Virus record (IMG/VR): IMGVR_UViG_3300035146_000036
Reading direction: 5' to 3' (one strand)
From: a virus
DNA length: 43,721 nucleotides
Part shown: one piece after another, positions 23,019-32,968 of the stretch
Layout: every line of letters starts with the position of its first letter
Numbering within the stretch: position 1 is the first letter of the stretch
Program-made: the position numbers and the translations under genes
Notes under the pieces: generated by a model
What the model was told of the DNA's origin: nothing
Database searches by the model: none
Seen by the model: only the letters and a program-made list of their open reading frames with translations

Positions 23019-23201
23019 ATGTTATTGAGTATGTTTTTTGTTGCAGTAGTATTTTTTTTCATTGGAAGCATAAGTTCATATTTTTATATGAAAAGAAAGT
23101 TGGGTATTATGTTTAAACGTATTGCTATTTGTAATGATAATGAAAGGCATATGATTGCTCGTTTAACAGAATTAGAAGAAAGGTTTCAAGAAGATGAATG
23201 A
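23019..23201 (+). CDS. small membrane protein (60 aa, one TM helix)
   Basis: Hydrophobic N-terminal segment. Confidence 0.45.
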   Translation: MLLSMFFVAVVFFFIGSISSYFYMKRKLGIMFKRIAICNDNERHMIARLTELEERFQEDE

Positions 23202-23502
23202 TAATGTTGAAAAAGATACTTTTATTGTTAAGATTCCAATAGAAGATATTGTAAAAATTGTTGAGGATGTTGAAGAATGTAATTCTAAAATTGAAGCATT
23301 ACGAAATCTTAAAAAGCCTTGGGCTTTAATCATGAAAGATAATTATGGTAAATATTTTACCATGGGATTTGAAACTCAGTCTGATTGTGCGGATGAAGTT
23401 TCAGAGTGTTACATGAATGAAGGATTTTCAATTGTTCATGTATTGAAGAGAGGTATACCAAGAAAAAATATTACCATTGAGGTGAAAGCGAGGTTTAGAT
23501 GA
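23194..23502 (+). CDS. hypothetical protein (102 aa)
   Basis: ORF; overlaps neighbours by 4-8 nt. Confidence 0.55.
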   Translation: MNDNVEKDTFIVKIPIEDIVKIVEDVEECNSKIEALRNLKKPWALIMKDNYGKYFTMGFETQSDCADEVSECYMNEGFSIVHVLKRGIPRKNITIEVKARFR

Positions 23503-24470
23503 AAAAAAAAGGATCTGATAGAAATTTAAAATATAAACCTTGGAAACCATTGATTCCTTTCCAAGTTCCACCAGATGCACAGGAATCTAATGTTGTGGCT
23601 GCCTTTCAAAATGGACATGTTACAATTTTTATTAAGGAAGTTGAATCTCCTGCTTTTACTACACCAGACGGTGCTCCTCAGAAGATTGCTCATTTGATGA
23701 TTCAATGGTCAAAAGGGTTAAAAGGGTCTGATGATTATTTTTATGGTTTAAAGCAGAGGATTAAAAGAGAGCTTTGTGGTGAACAATCTGAAGCTATTGA
23801 GTTGTTTCCGGCTGATTGGAGAGAACAGAATTTTGGTCAAACGCATTTGTGGGCCATGCTTCAAGGAGCTACTTTTCCGATAGGGATTATTCCTAATGAT
23901 ATAGAAGAAGCTATGTCTGAAATGGCTGGTGGTAGAGATAATGTTATAACTAAAGAAGACCTTGAATTATTTGTTGTTCGTCATATTGAAGATGGAATAA
24001 TAGAGGTTTTTGAATCAGAAGAGGAATGTAGAAGTATATATGGTGATAAAGATATTCCTGATACATCTAATTATGGAATAGAATTGATTGGTAATATTCC
24101 TATGGAATCACCAACTGTTGGATGGACGGATAAAGCTAAGGCTAGGCTTGCAAATGTAGTAGCTAAAGGTGAAAGGGTTGTTGAAATTCAGCAAGGTAAC
24201 AAAGTACCAGAATTATTTAATGAAACTGATACAATAGAGGATGATATCTTCAATGCAGATATTCCAATGGATTGTGATGATGGTGATCCTGTTGGAATTG
24301 AAGAAGATATAGCGCTTGCTGAAGCAATGAAAGAAGCTGTTGGTAATAAGGCTGATGAGAGAGCAAGACGTGTAAAAGAAGTTACAAAATTAGTTACTGA
24401 TAAAACAGATGACAATATTAAAGCTATGAAAGTAGCTTCTGAAAAACCAAAGATAATTATTCCAAAATAA
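23499..24470 (+). CDS. hypothetical protein (323 aa)
   Basis: ORF. Confidence 0.65.
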   Translation: MKKKGSDRNLKYKPWKPLIPFQVPPDAQESNVVAAFQNGHVTIFIKEVESPAFTTPDGAPQKIAHLMIQWSKGLKGSDDYFYGLKQRIKRELCGEQSEAIELFPADWREQNFGQTHLWAMLQGATFPIGIIPNDIEEAMSEMAGGRDNVITKEDLELFVVRHIEDGIIEVFESEEECRSIYGDKDIPDTSNYGIELIGNIPMESPTVGWTDKAKARLANVVAKGERVVEIQQGNKVPELFNETDTIEDDIFNADIPMDCDDGDPVGIEEDIALAEAMKEAVGNKADERARRVKEVTKLVTDKTDDNIKAMKVASEKPKIIIPK

Positions 24471-24471
24471 T

Positions 24472-24831
24472 ATGGCAAGTAAAAGAGACCCACGTGTTAT
24501 AAAGGCATCTTTTGATGTGTGGCTGAATAGGGATATGTTATTTAATAATCCTCCAGGGTTAAATATTAAAATTTATAGGAAATATACCAAGGCAAAAAAA
24601 ATAAAATATACAAAAAAAATACAGTTTTATCTTGATAGGATGGAGGATGATTATTTTAAGCATGAACATTTAAGAAAAGTAGCTGTTGCTATAAAATTAG
24701 ATGATATAGTTAGATATGTATGGCGTGAAGATGTTTTGAGCGAAAAAGAATATGATGAAATTAATGAGAAACAAAGAAAGAGTCTTGGAATATTATGCAA
24801 AAACACCAGACGGGATGTGGGTAAAAGCTGA
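24472..24831 (+). CDS. hypothetical basic protein (119 aa)
   Basis: ORF. Confidence 0.5.
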   Translation: MASKRDPRVIKASFDVWLNRDMLFNNPPGLNIKIYRKYTKAKKIKYTKKIQFYLDRMEDDYFKHEHLRKVAVAIKLDDIVRYVWREDVLSEKEYDEINEKQRKSLGILCKNTRRDVGKS

Positions 24832-25339
24832 AATTGTTGATGATGGAATTGAATTATTATGGCAGGTTCGCACTAAGGTTGTTGATGGAAGTTTTGTTTT
24901 ATATGATGTGAATGGAAATATAGAATCGTTACGACCTATTGGGAAAGTTAACTATCCCTCTTTGATGAGAAGTGCAGGTATAGTAAAAATAGATAATGAT
25001 TTTGTTGAGTTTTGTGGTATTGAATTTTTCAATGATATGATAATATCTGTTATGAGACATATGGTTAATATGGTTGTTGCTGGATATGGTGATAATTTAG
25101 AAGAGATAGTTGATTGGTATTCTAATATTTCAAGTTTAAAATTTTTAACCGGAACAAAATTTAGATTTGATAGTGAAAATGAACCATTTTTGGATATGAT
25201 TGGATTGGTTGGTTTTGTTGATGTTGATGATTGTGGTGAATATATTGTTAATGTGAAAGTTGCTAATGAAGTTTTTAAAATTCCATTAGATTCTGATAAT
25301 ATATTGATTTCTTTTATACTTTCTACAACACCAATTTGA
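24752..25339 (+). CDS. hypothetical protein (195 aa); start uncertain, overlaps upstream ORF by 80 nt
   Basis: ORF; a possible later start or frameshift junction. Confidence 0.45.
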   Translation: MMKLMRNKERVLEYYAKTPDGMWVKAEIVDDGIELLWQVRTKVVDGSFVLYDVNGNIESLRPIGKVNYPSLMRSAGIVKIDNDFVEFCGIEFFNDMIISVMRHMVNMVVAGYGDNLEEIVDWYSNISSLKFLTGTKFRFDSENEPFLDMIGLVGFVDVDDCGEYIVNVKVANEVFKIPLDSDNILISFILSTTPI

Positions 25340-25410
25340 TGATTTTATATTTTTGAGATAGATGTTTATGGTGAAATCGAGTTTGTTATGATATGTTAGA
25401 AAAAAATATT

Positions 25411-25440
25411 TTGACATATATTAATAATATCTATTATAAA
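25411..25440 (+). promoter_or_regulatory. sigma70-like promoter TTGACATAT-N17-TTATAA
   Basis: Sequence match. Confidence 0.5.
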
Positions 25441-25468
25441 ATAATATAGATGCTGAGGTGATGCAAGC

Positions 25469-25783
25469 ATGGAACAGATGAGTATATGTGAAATATTGAA
25501 TGATTTTGTGAGTATTAAGTTACCTATAGATAAACGTAAATTTATTAATGAAGCAAGATGTTTTTTACAAAACAATGGATATTTGCCGATAAAAACACAG
25601 GATGAGATTAGAAGTATGGTGAGAAGATATAGTCGTCAATTTAAAGAACTTCATGCTTCTAGAGAGCGGGCAATGAGGACAAATTGGAAACATCGTGAAG
25701 GAATAAATGAGGAGGATGCTAAGATATTGGTAGAACGTCGTAATACGGAAATTGCGACCAGAAAGGCTGATTTGGGTATTTGA
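25469..25783 (+). CDS. hypothetical protein (104 aa)
   Basis: ORF. Confidence 0.55.
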   Translation: MEQMSICEILNDFVSIKLPIDKRKFINEARCFLQNNGYLPIKTQDEIRSMVRRYSRQFKELHASRERAMRTNWKHREGINEEDAKILVERRNTEIATRKADLGI

Positions 25784-25784
25784 T

Positions 25785-26111
25785 ATGGGTAAAAATTTAG
25801 GTAAAATTGATCCATTGGTAATAGATGCTATTCGTGAAGTAGTAATGCTTGTTCGTCATTTTGTAAATCATCCAGAGGAGGTTCAGGTTGATATAGAGAG
25901 TAATGGTTATAGTGCTCTTGTGGCTTTAAGAACACATCCTAAAGATGTTGGTCAGGTTATTGGTAGGAATGCTCATTTAGTTAATTCTATTCGTTCATTT
26001 TTGTCTGCAATTCAAGGTAAAAATAAAATACAAATTATTATGGATTATGTTACGGATGAAGATAAGCGTAGAGAATATGAAAAAGGAAATTATCTAAAAC
26101 GTATGGGTTGA
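25785..26111 (+). CDS. KH-domain RNA-binding protein (KhpA/UPF0109-like)
   Basis: VGQVIGRNAHLVNSIRSFL resembles the KH GxxG region; ATG 25785. Confidence 0.5.
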   Translation: MGKNLGKIDPLVIDAIREVVMLVRHFVNHPEEVQVDIESNGYSALVALRTHPKDVGQVIGRNAHLVNSIRSFLSAIQGKNKIQIIMDYVTDEDKRREYEKGNYLKRMG

Positions 26112-26136
26112 CAAATTTTATTTTTTTTATATATGT
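26108..26136 (+). promoter_or_regulatory. sigma70-like promoter TTGACAAAT-N17-ATATGT
   Basis: Sequence match; weaker -10. Confidence 0.4.
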
Positions 26137-26169
26137 TGATATCAGTATGATGCTGGATGAATAGTTGAG

Positions 26170-26658
26170 ATGAAAGAAAATAATTTATTATTTCCTATAA
26201 AACATGTTAATGATGAATTTAATGATGAATTTAATGATGAATTTGATTTAGAAGATTTAATTTTATTTGGAATGGGTGAAGTTGTTTTTGAATTATCAGA
26301 AGCATTTGGTGTGAATTCTATTGAAATCTTATTAGATGATGGAAATAGTATTATATTAAATAGACCTAATGAAGACCCTTTTGTATTATTTTATGATAGA
26401 TTAAGAGATATATTAAATAGTGCTAAATTAATATCTGAACAAAATAATATATTATATAATGTGATTGCTGCTGAGTTGTTAGTGCTTGATGGTTGGTCTT
26501 GGAATGATGTTATTTTTCGTGCTCCAATTTGGATGAATGACCATAGAGAGATTCTAGTAGATGATGCTAGGAAAATTAAGGGATTAGAATGGCTCGAAAA
26601 TACTTCATCGGCGATAAAGTCGAAACAAAATATGGTATCGGATGGATTAGAAAAGTAA
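26170..26658 (+). CDS. hypothetical acidic protein with (DEFN)3 repeat
   Basis: ORF; 12-bp tandem repeat at 26214-26249. Confidence 0.55.
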   Translation: MKENNLLFPIKHVNDEFNDEFNDEFDLEDLILFGMGEVVFELSEAFGVNSIEILLDDGNSIILNRPNEDPFVLFYDRLRDILNSAKLISEQNNILYNVIAAELLVLDGWSWNDVIFRAPIWMNDHREILVDDARKIKGLEWLENTSSAIKSKQNMVSDGLEK

Positions 26659-26855
26659 CATCCTGGAGAGACCGTATTGTTGAAATGAATGATTTTGAAG
26701 CGGTTGCTTTTTCTAATGACTGCAAACGTTTGTGTGGTATCAATTATAAGGAGGATTGGGTTGAATTATTGGTTGAAATAAATGGAACACTGAAGGATTT
26801 ACAGGCATCTTCTGTGAATTTGTTGGAAGGTAGAGAATATGATAGTGGGAAATAA
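26589..26855 (+). CDS. hypothetical protein (88 aa), overlaps upstream ORF
   Basis: ORF. Confidence 0.4.
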   Translation: MARKYFIGDKVETKYGIGWIRKVTSWRDRIVEMNDFEAVAFSNDCKRLCGINYKEDWVELLVEINGTLKDLQASSVNLLEGREYDSGK

Positions 26856-27459
26856 TTGGAGAAAAAAGTTTTCAAAAAAAATTGAAGATATCAAAGAAAA
26901 TACTTTAAGGCTTGAAGAAAAAGCTAGAGAAAAACGTAAAGAAAAAAATAAAATAAAGCAAGAGTTAAAACCTGAAACACCTTCTTTTAAAGATTGTTAT
27001 ACTCAATCAACAGTTGACAAATCTGCTGGAGATAATAGACAAACTAAAAAGGACGTGATAAATTGGTTTTGTGTTCAGCGTTGGTTTGTGAAAGGAATAA
27101 GAAAAAATAATTCTGATTGGCTTGTGGTAGATAAAGGTGATGATGTTAGTGAGAAAAAACAGACTTGGTGGGGCATAGAAGAAATAACATGTGCCAACAA
27201 GTTATTGAAACATTATGGGCCAGAGATTGTAGAGAAAACTGTTGAGTGGTTTTGTGATAATTGGCAAGCTATGATTGATAATAGTAACGGAAGACTTTCT
27301 GGTGCACCCAATGTTAGATTTTTATGGGTTGGTAGAGATAGGATATTTGTTGATGCTAAATTGGGTAATGTTCCTGGTAGAAAAAAGCCCAAAAAGAAAA
27401 AACATATGGTAGGTGAATATGATCCAGAACTTGATGGGTCAACAAAAATTGGCTGGTAA
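26839..27459 (+). CDS. hypothetical basic protein (206 aa)
   Basis: ORF. Confidence 0.6.
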   Translation: MIVGNNWRKKFSKKIEDIKENTLRLEEKAREKRKEKNKIKQELKPETPSFKDCYTQSTVDKSAGDNRQTKKDVINWFCVQRWFVKGIRKNNSDWLVVDKGDDVSEKKQTWWGIEEITCANKLLKHYGPEIVEKTVEWFCDNWQAMIDNSNGRLSGAPNVRFLWVGRDRIFVDAKLGNVPGRKKPKKKKHMVGEYDPELDGSTKIGW

Positions 27460-28108
27460 AATGTTTTCTAATGTTCCTTTTCGGCGCGATTTATGTGCTA
27501 ATGATTTGGAGCGAATGCATATACCTAAACGTTATTGGAAAGCAAGTTTTTATAATCTTACAGATATTTATGTAGATGGACAAGATAGTCTTAAAAGTAT
27601 GGTTGAAAAATATATTTTAAATATGGCTAAAATGAGAAAAGAAGGTGGTGGTTTTATATTTTATGGTGATAATGGAACTGGGAAATCATGTGCTTCTGTT
27701 GTTTTAGCAAAAGAATTTCGCAGACGTGGTAATACTGTTTTATTTATAGAAGCTGCTGATTTAAAACGATTGGTTGCTAGTAAAGAATATTTTGATGATG
27801 ATGAGACATATTGGGAACGTTCTAAAGATGTAGATGTATTAGTAATTGATGATTTTGGAAAGGGTATAATGGATAATACTGGTTTTGGTGCAACGATTTT
27901 TGATGAATTAATTAGGTCTAGAAATGCAAATAAAAAAGTTACTATAATTACTTCAAATATTTCTCCAAAACGTTGGCAAGAAGAACTTGATTTGAAAAAA
28001 TCTACTATTCATGCTTTAGGAGAATGTACAATTCCTGTTCCTGTTATTGGTGATAATAAGAGAGATGGCTCTGTAGATAGATTAAAGTCTATATTAAGTG
28101 GTAATTGA
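27413..28108 (+). CDS. DnaC/IstB-like AAA+ ATPase (putative helicase loader)
   Basis: Walker A GDNGTGKS, Walker B VLVIDDFG. Confidence 0.7.
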   Translation: MNMIQNLMGQQKLAGKMFSNVPFRRDLCANDLERMHIPKRYWKASFYNLTDIYVDGQDSLKSMVEKYILNMAKMRKEGGGFIFYGDNGTGKSCASVVLAKEFRRRGNTVLFIEAADLKRLVASKEYFDDDETYWERSKDVDVLVIDDFGKGIMDNTGFGATIFDELIRSRNANKKVTIITSNISPKRWQEELDLKKSTIHALGECTIPVPVIGDNKRDGSVDRLKSILSGN

Positions 28109-28255
28109 TGAGTATTTTGAGTTGAATATAGTATTCTTTTTAGAATAAGTCTTGTTTGAAATAAAATATTATGGAGGCAGTAATGAGTATCAAAACACAA
28201 AAATTAGAATTTCTTATTAAAAGAAGAGAATTACCTACAGATATTTAATATAATT

Positions 28256-29602
28256 ATGAGCAATATTTGCGATTCTAAAGGTGGACCTAATATACCACCA
28301 TACAATGAAGAAGCTGAAAATGCTGTTCTTGGATCTGTTCTTTTGAATAATGATTGTTGGGGTGAAGTTTTTGCTAATGTAAATGAAGAAGATTTTTATA
28401 TAAATTCCAATAGAATAATTTTTTATGGCATGTATTCTTTGTTCGAGGCTGGGATACCTGTTGATCATGTCACATTAGGAAATAGATTAAGAGAGCAAGG
28501 TCAATTAAAAAATATAGGTGGTGCAATTGCATTATCGCAATTGACAGATTTTGTATCTGTACCATCAAATGTGGGTCATTATGCAAATATAGTTAGGGAA
28601 GCTAGTGCTATACGTCGTGTAATTTATAATGCTCAGAAAGTTGTTTATGATGGATTTAAAGCAGAAGGTATAGATTCTTTATCTCCTAGTCTTGAATCCC
28701 TGTTGAATGCAGCACAGGACCTTTCTAGGCATAGAATGCCACATAATTTATTGGATATTGGAGGAAAGGTTCTTGAGAATTATAGAAAGGCTGCTGATGG
28801 ATATAGGGGTATTCCATTTCCGTGGAAAACAATAGATGATATGACGGCAGGTGCATGGCCCAAAACTGTTACTATGTTTGTTGCTCGACCTTCAGTTGGG
28901 AAAACGTTCGTCTGTGTTATATGTGGTAGACATGCCTGGATGAAAGATAAACGTGTCTTGGTTGTTTCACCAGAAATGAGTAAAGATGAGATAGCTGAGA
29001 GATTTTTTACTATCCATTCTGATGTTAGTTACCATAGTGTTATTACTGGTCAACTTCCAACTGTTATGGAGCAAAAATTTGTAAATACAATTAATGGTGA
29101 GGCTGGTAAGGATGGATTGTGGATTATGGATTCTGATGATGATTTGAGTCCGCGTGGTATAGATGCTGCAATTCGTGCTTGTAATGCTGAGCTTGTTGCT
29201 GTTGATTCGATTTATGACCTACATATTAAAGGGGATCGTCGTGAAAGAGCCGTGGAGGCTCTTGGATGGATGAAGCGAAGTTGCAAGGAGCTTGGCTATG
29301 CTGCGATAGGTTTTGCACAGCAGAATAGGACTGCTGAGCTTTCGGAGAAGAAGGGGGGAGGGGCAAGGCTTGGAACAATTGCATTAGCTGATGAGATTGG
29401 GCAGGATGTTCATGCTGTTTATGCATTAATACAAAATAAAGATGATAAAGATGATAAAGTAATGAAATTTAAAAATTTAAAACTTCGTAGAGGTCAATAT
29501 AAGAAACCAGAGATAAAGGTTCATTGGGATTTTGATAGAATGGAGTTTGGTGAAATTGAAGAAGAGGAAAATAATGAAGAGGAAGAGGGGATACCATTTT
29601 AG
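28256..29602 (+). CDS. dnaB: DnaB-family replicative DNA helicase with acidic C-terminal tail ending EEGIPF
   Basis: DnaB N-terminal domain (NAVLGSVLLN...), Walker A ARPSVGKT, RecA-like core. Confidence 0.85.
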   Translation: MSNICDSKGGPNIPPYNEEAENAVLGSVLLNNDCWGEVFANVNEEDFYINSNRIIFYGMYSLFEAGIPVDHVTLGNRLREQGQLKNIGGAIALSQLTDFVSVPSNVGHYANIVREASAIRRVIYNAQKVVYDGFKAEGIDSLSPSLESLLNAAQDLSRHRMPHNLLDIGGKVLENYRKAADGYRGIPFPWKTIDDMTAGAWPKTVTMFVARPSVGKTFVCVICGRHAWMKDKRVLVVSPEMSKDEIAERFFTIHSDVSYHSVITGQLPTVMEQKFVNTINGEAGKDGLWIMDSDDDLSPRGIDAAIRACNAELVAVDSIYDLHIKGDRRERAVEALGWMKRSCKELGYAAIGFAQQNRTAELSEKKGGGARLGTIALADEIGQDVHAVYALIQNKDDKDDKVMKFKNLKLRRGQYKKPEIKVHWDFDRMEFGEIEEEENNEEEEGIPF

Positions 29603-29631
29603 TTGACAAACTTTAAAGGTGGTGTTATTTA
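29603..29631 (+). promoter_or_regulatory. sigma70-like promoter TTGACAAAC-N17-TATTTA
   Basis: Sequence match. Confidence 0.45.
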
Positions 29632-29757
29632 CAATTTTGGAAGGTTGTTGTAGAGAGTTTTGATGATGATTTTGTTAATAGTTGATTTCTTTATTAAAGA
29701 TATAATTTATAATTGGTCTATTTGGCATAGTAGTTAATATGACGTGAAAAATATTGG

Positions 29758-29771
29758 CGAACTCGAGTTCG
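29758..29771. promoter_or_regulatory. palindrome CGAACTCGAGTTCG (copy 6; 16-bp with flanks gCG..CGc)
   Basis: Perfect copy between promoter and gene. Confidence 0.6.
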
Positions 29772-29832
29772 CTAAATGGTGCTAATAGAGCACGAAAAAG
29801 ATGGTGATATAGGATCACGAAATGGAGAAAAA

Positions 29833-30843
29833 ATGGGCATTGGAACTTATAGTAAAGGATGGGGAGACCCAGATGAATATGATAGTTATGATAGCGATTA
29901 TGACAGTAGTGATAGTGGGAATAAGATTACTGAAAATGAAAGACTCTATAGATTTAGATTTTCAATTCCAACACCAAAGGGTACGGATAAAAAACCAAAT
30001 TTAGTAAATCCTGGTTCATCTGCTACTAAACGAGTGCTTTTTTTGGATGGTTCTCCTTTTAATATTTATGAACATAGTTTATGGAGATTTAAAAATGCTT
30101 ATAATATTTTTGAGGCATTTACAGCAATTTGTTTAGAAAAAAATGGTATCTCAAAGATACCATGTCCTGTTTGTTCTAAAAAGGGTGGAAAGGATTTTGC
30201 ATATTTTATTGGATTTTTACCAGTTATTGACATGGGACAGGTTGAACGGAGAGGAAATAGGGTAAGATTGCATCATGAATATTGGGAGAATGATAATGGT
30301 GACCGATTTGAGAGGTCTTTTCAGAGAGTTTTACTAGGTGCTAAAAGAGGATCTGTTGATAATCCAGGTGTTATGAAGACATTACAGAGAAGGTTAGCAG
30401 AAATAAGGCAACAACATGGTATTGAGGATTTGACTGGTACAATATGGGATACAACTAGAACTGGAAAAAAAGAACCTATTGTAGGTAATGATTGGTCTTT
30501 TGTAGATAGAATTTCACCTGAACACTTTGAGGAATATCTTGTTAGATGGGGTGCAGATCCAGAATATTTAAAATTGGATATACCAGTATATACAGACCCA
30601 GATTCGAAAAAAGGGGTATTTGATATTGATGTTGATGATTATCAGGCAAAACTTGATGAACTTGTAGGATGGGGAGATAATAGAGGTAATAAATCGTTTC
30701 ATGATGGACAAAGACAAGGGATGGTACGTAGTAATATGCAAACTGGCATGAGAGAGCCTCCTAAAACGTATGGAGTTGGTTTTGGTGATAGTGGTCAATA
30801 TGTAGGACCTAATGGTCCCAATGATGATGATATACCGTTTTGA
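29833..30843 (+). CDS. putative ssDNA-binding protein (gp32-like?) with SSB-type C-terminal tail DDDIPF
   Basis: C-terminal ...GPNDDDIPF matches the bacterial SSB-Ct motif; CPVCSKKGG zinc-like motif; N-terminal YDS repeats; ATG 29833 with RBS. Confidence 0.45.
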   Translation: MGIGTYSKGWGDPDEYDSYDSDYDSSDSGNKITENERLYRFRFSIPTPKGTDKKPNLVNPGSSATKRVLFLDGSPFNIYEHSLWRFKNAYNIFEAFTAICLEKNGISKIPCPVCSKKGGKDFAYFIGFLPVIDMGQVERRGNRVRLHHEYWENDNGDRFERSFQRVLLGAKRGSVDNPGVMKTLQRRLAEIRQQHGIEDLTGTIWDTTRTGKKEPIVGNDWSFVDRISPEHFEEYLVRWGADPEYLKLDIPVYTDPDSKKGVFDIDVDDYQAKLDELVGWGDNRGNKSFHDGQRQGMVRSNMQTGMREPPKTYGVGFGDSGQYVGPNGPNDDDIPF

Positions 30844-30852
30844 GGTTGTATT

Positions 30853-32367
30853 ATGAAAGTTGTTGTAAGTGGAAATGTTTGGTTGCCAATTGATGATTTG
30901 TCTGCTCAACAGATTTTAAATATAAAAGAATTATTAACGATATATCCTAAGAAGACGACAGATATTGCTACAAAGGCAGATCCAAAGCCTATTTATATGT
31001 ATGATGAAAAGGAGGATTTCATTGGTGTTCCTAGAGCATGGTATAGGAAAAATGTTACAAAGGAACATGATGAAATATTAAAAATATCATATGGTAGTAA
31101 AATGTCAGCCTTTACTACTAGATATCAGGCAACTGGAAATTTCATTGAACAGGAAGCTGTAATAAGAACATTTCTTGCTAGAATGGAGGGTAAAAAGTGG
31201 GATGGTTTTTTGTTGAAAGCAGGATGCGCTTTTGGAAAAACAGCGTGTTCATTGGAGTTTGCTAGACGTGTTGGCCGTAAGACATTAATTATTGTTCATA
31301 AAGAGTTTTTTTTAAAACAATGGAAGAATAGAATAAAAAAATTTATGCCAGATGCTAAAGTTGGAATTATTCGTCAGAATAAATGTGAATTTGAGGATTG
31401 TGATTTTGTTATTGCAATGCTTCAATCTTTAGTGAGGGATAAAGATAGTCATAAGTATCCAGAAAGGATATATAAATCAGAATTTGGAATTATCATTAGT
31501 GATGAATGTCATAGAATAGCTGCTTCTTCATGGTCATCTGTTTTACCTAGATTTAATGCTGCATGGAGAGTTGGTTTAACAGCAACTCCTAGACGAAAAG
31601 ATGGTGCACAAGACGTATTTTTTAATCATATAAGTGATGTTACATATTCTGCTAAAACTAAGGCGCAAGTGCCTGGTTTGAGAGTGTTAAAGACTTATTC
31701 ATGTTTGAAACCGATAAGAAGGGGCAATTATTATGTATCAGTTGATAATTTGAATAGTGCTCAAATTTTAACTCAGCTTGGAAAGGACCAGTTTAGAGCA
31801 AAAGATATTGTTGACCAATTAGTATTGGCTGTTCAAAATGGTCGTAAAATAATAGTTGTTAGTGAAAGACTTCATCATTTGAAACTTATGAGTGACATGT
31901 TGATGAATTCTTTATTTGATCTTGATTTACCATTTGAACCTACTATTGATTTTTGTACTGGTGAATGGTTTTCTGGAGAAGTATGGGAAGAATCAAATAG
32001 TAGGCATAAAAAAGGTGACCCTAAAATGGTCAAAAGAACAGAAGCTGATTTTGATAAAGCAGAACGTGCCAATGTAATTTTTGCAACTAAGCAGAGCATT
32101 GAGGAAGGATTTGATGTTGAAGCGCTTGATGTGTTGGTTCTTTCGATGCCTATGGGAGATATAGAACAAATAGTTGGTCGCGCTAGAAGGTGGTGTTATC
32201 AAGACAAGGAAAAATGCGAACATTATTGTCCATGGAGAGTTGGTAATTGTAAAGAAAAACCTAAACCTATTATAGTTGATGTCGTAGATGAGAATATTCC
32301 CCAGCTTTTACCGAAATGGAGGCGCAGACAGAAGTTCTATAGGAAAATTGGAACAGAGGTGTCTTGA
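30853..32367 (+). CDS. SF2 helicase (DECH box; UvsW/RecG-like)
   Basis: GCAFGKT (motif I), SDECHR (II), GLTATP (III). Confidence 0.7.
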   Translation: MKVVVSGNVWLPIDDLSAQQILNIKELLTIYPKKTTDIATKADPKPIYMYDEKEDFIGVPRAWYRKNVTKEHDEILKISYGSKMSAFTTRYQATGNFIEQEAVIRTFLARMEGKKWDGFLLKAGCAFGKTACSLEFARRVGRKTLIIVHKEFFLKQWKNRIKKFMPDAKVGIIRQNKCEFEDCDFVIAMLQSLVRDKDSHKYPERIYKSEFGIIISDECHRIAASSWSSVLPRFNAAWRVGLTATPRRKDGAQDVFFNHISDVTYSAKTKAQVPGLRVLKTYSCLKPIRRGNYYVSVDNLNSAQILTQLGKDQFRAKDIVDQLVLAVQNGRKIIVVSERLHHLKLMSDMLMNSLFDLDLPFEPTIDFCTGEWFSGEVWEESNSRHKKGDPKMVKRTEADFDKAERANVIFATKQSIEEGFDVEALDVLVLSMPMGDIEQIVGRARRWCYQDKEKCEHYCPWRVGNCKEKPKPIIVDVVDENIPQLLPKWRRRQKFYRKIGTEVS

Positions 32368-32401
32368 TTTTCGGAACATTGGGGATGGAAGGAATGGTTT
32401 T

Positions 32402-32914
32402 ATGAGTAGTAGTTCCGATAGTCGAAAAGAATATCAACGTATGTATTATGAAACAAACAGAGAAAAAATTTCAGAACGAAAGAAAGAAAGATATCAAAAT
32501 GATTCCAAGGTGAGAGAGCGTGCAAAGGAATTAGCAAGATTAAATAGGGCCAAAAAAAAAGCTGAGATGGATAAATTAAGAGCTGAAGGAAAAATACCAA
32601 AATCTAAACCAAGAAAACGTAATAATGGTCCTATTTATATTATTGTTAATGGCAAAAAGTGTGTTGGTCTTTCAATTAATGATTTAGCTGAAAATATTGG
32701 TCGTCCTGTATCTACAGTAAAAAATTGGATTAAATCGGGTGTTATACCTGATACACCATTTAAAACTGGTAGAGGAAAAAGATTGTATAGTATTGGTATG
32801 ATTTTAATTGTTAAAATGGTATTGCAATCAAGAGGAATTATTCTATTTCTTGATACAGAAATTTATAATAAAATAGTTAAAGAATGGATTAAGTTAGGTG
32901 TAAATATTTGTTGA
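32402..32914 (+). CDS. MerR/excisionase-like HTH DNA-binding protein
   Basis: VGLSINDLAENIGRPVSTVKNWIKSGVIP helix-turn-helix; basic N-terminal region. Confidence 0.5.
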   Translation: MSSSSDSRKEYQRMYYETNREKISERKKERYQNDSKVRERAKELARLNRAKKKAEMDKLRAEGKIPKSKPRKRNNGPIYIIVNGKKCVGLSINDLAENIGRPVSTVKNWIKSGVIPDTPFKTGRGKRLYSIGMILIVKMVLQSRGIILFLDTEIYNKIVKEWIKLGVNIC

Positions 32915-32968
32915 TAAACTGTTTTTTTAGGTTGTAAATATATTGTTTTGTTGAATGAGGAGGAAAAG

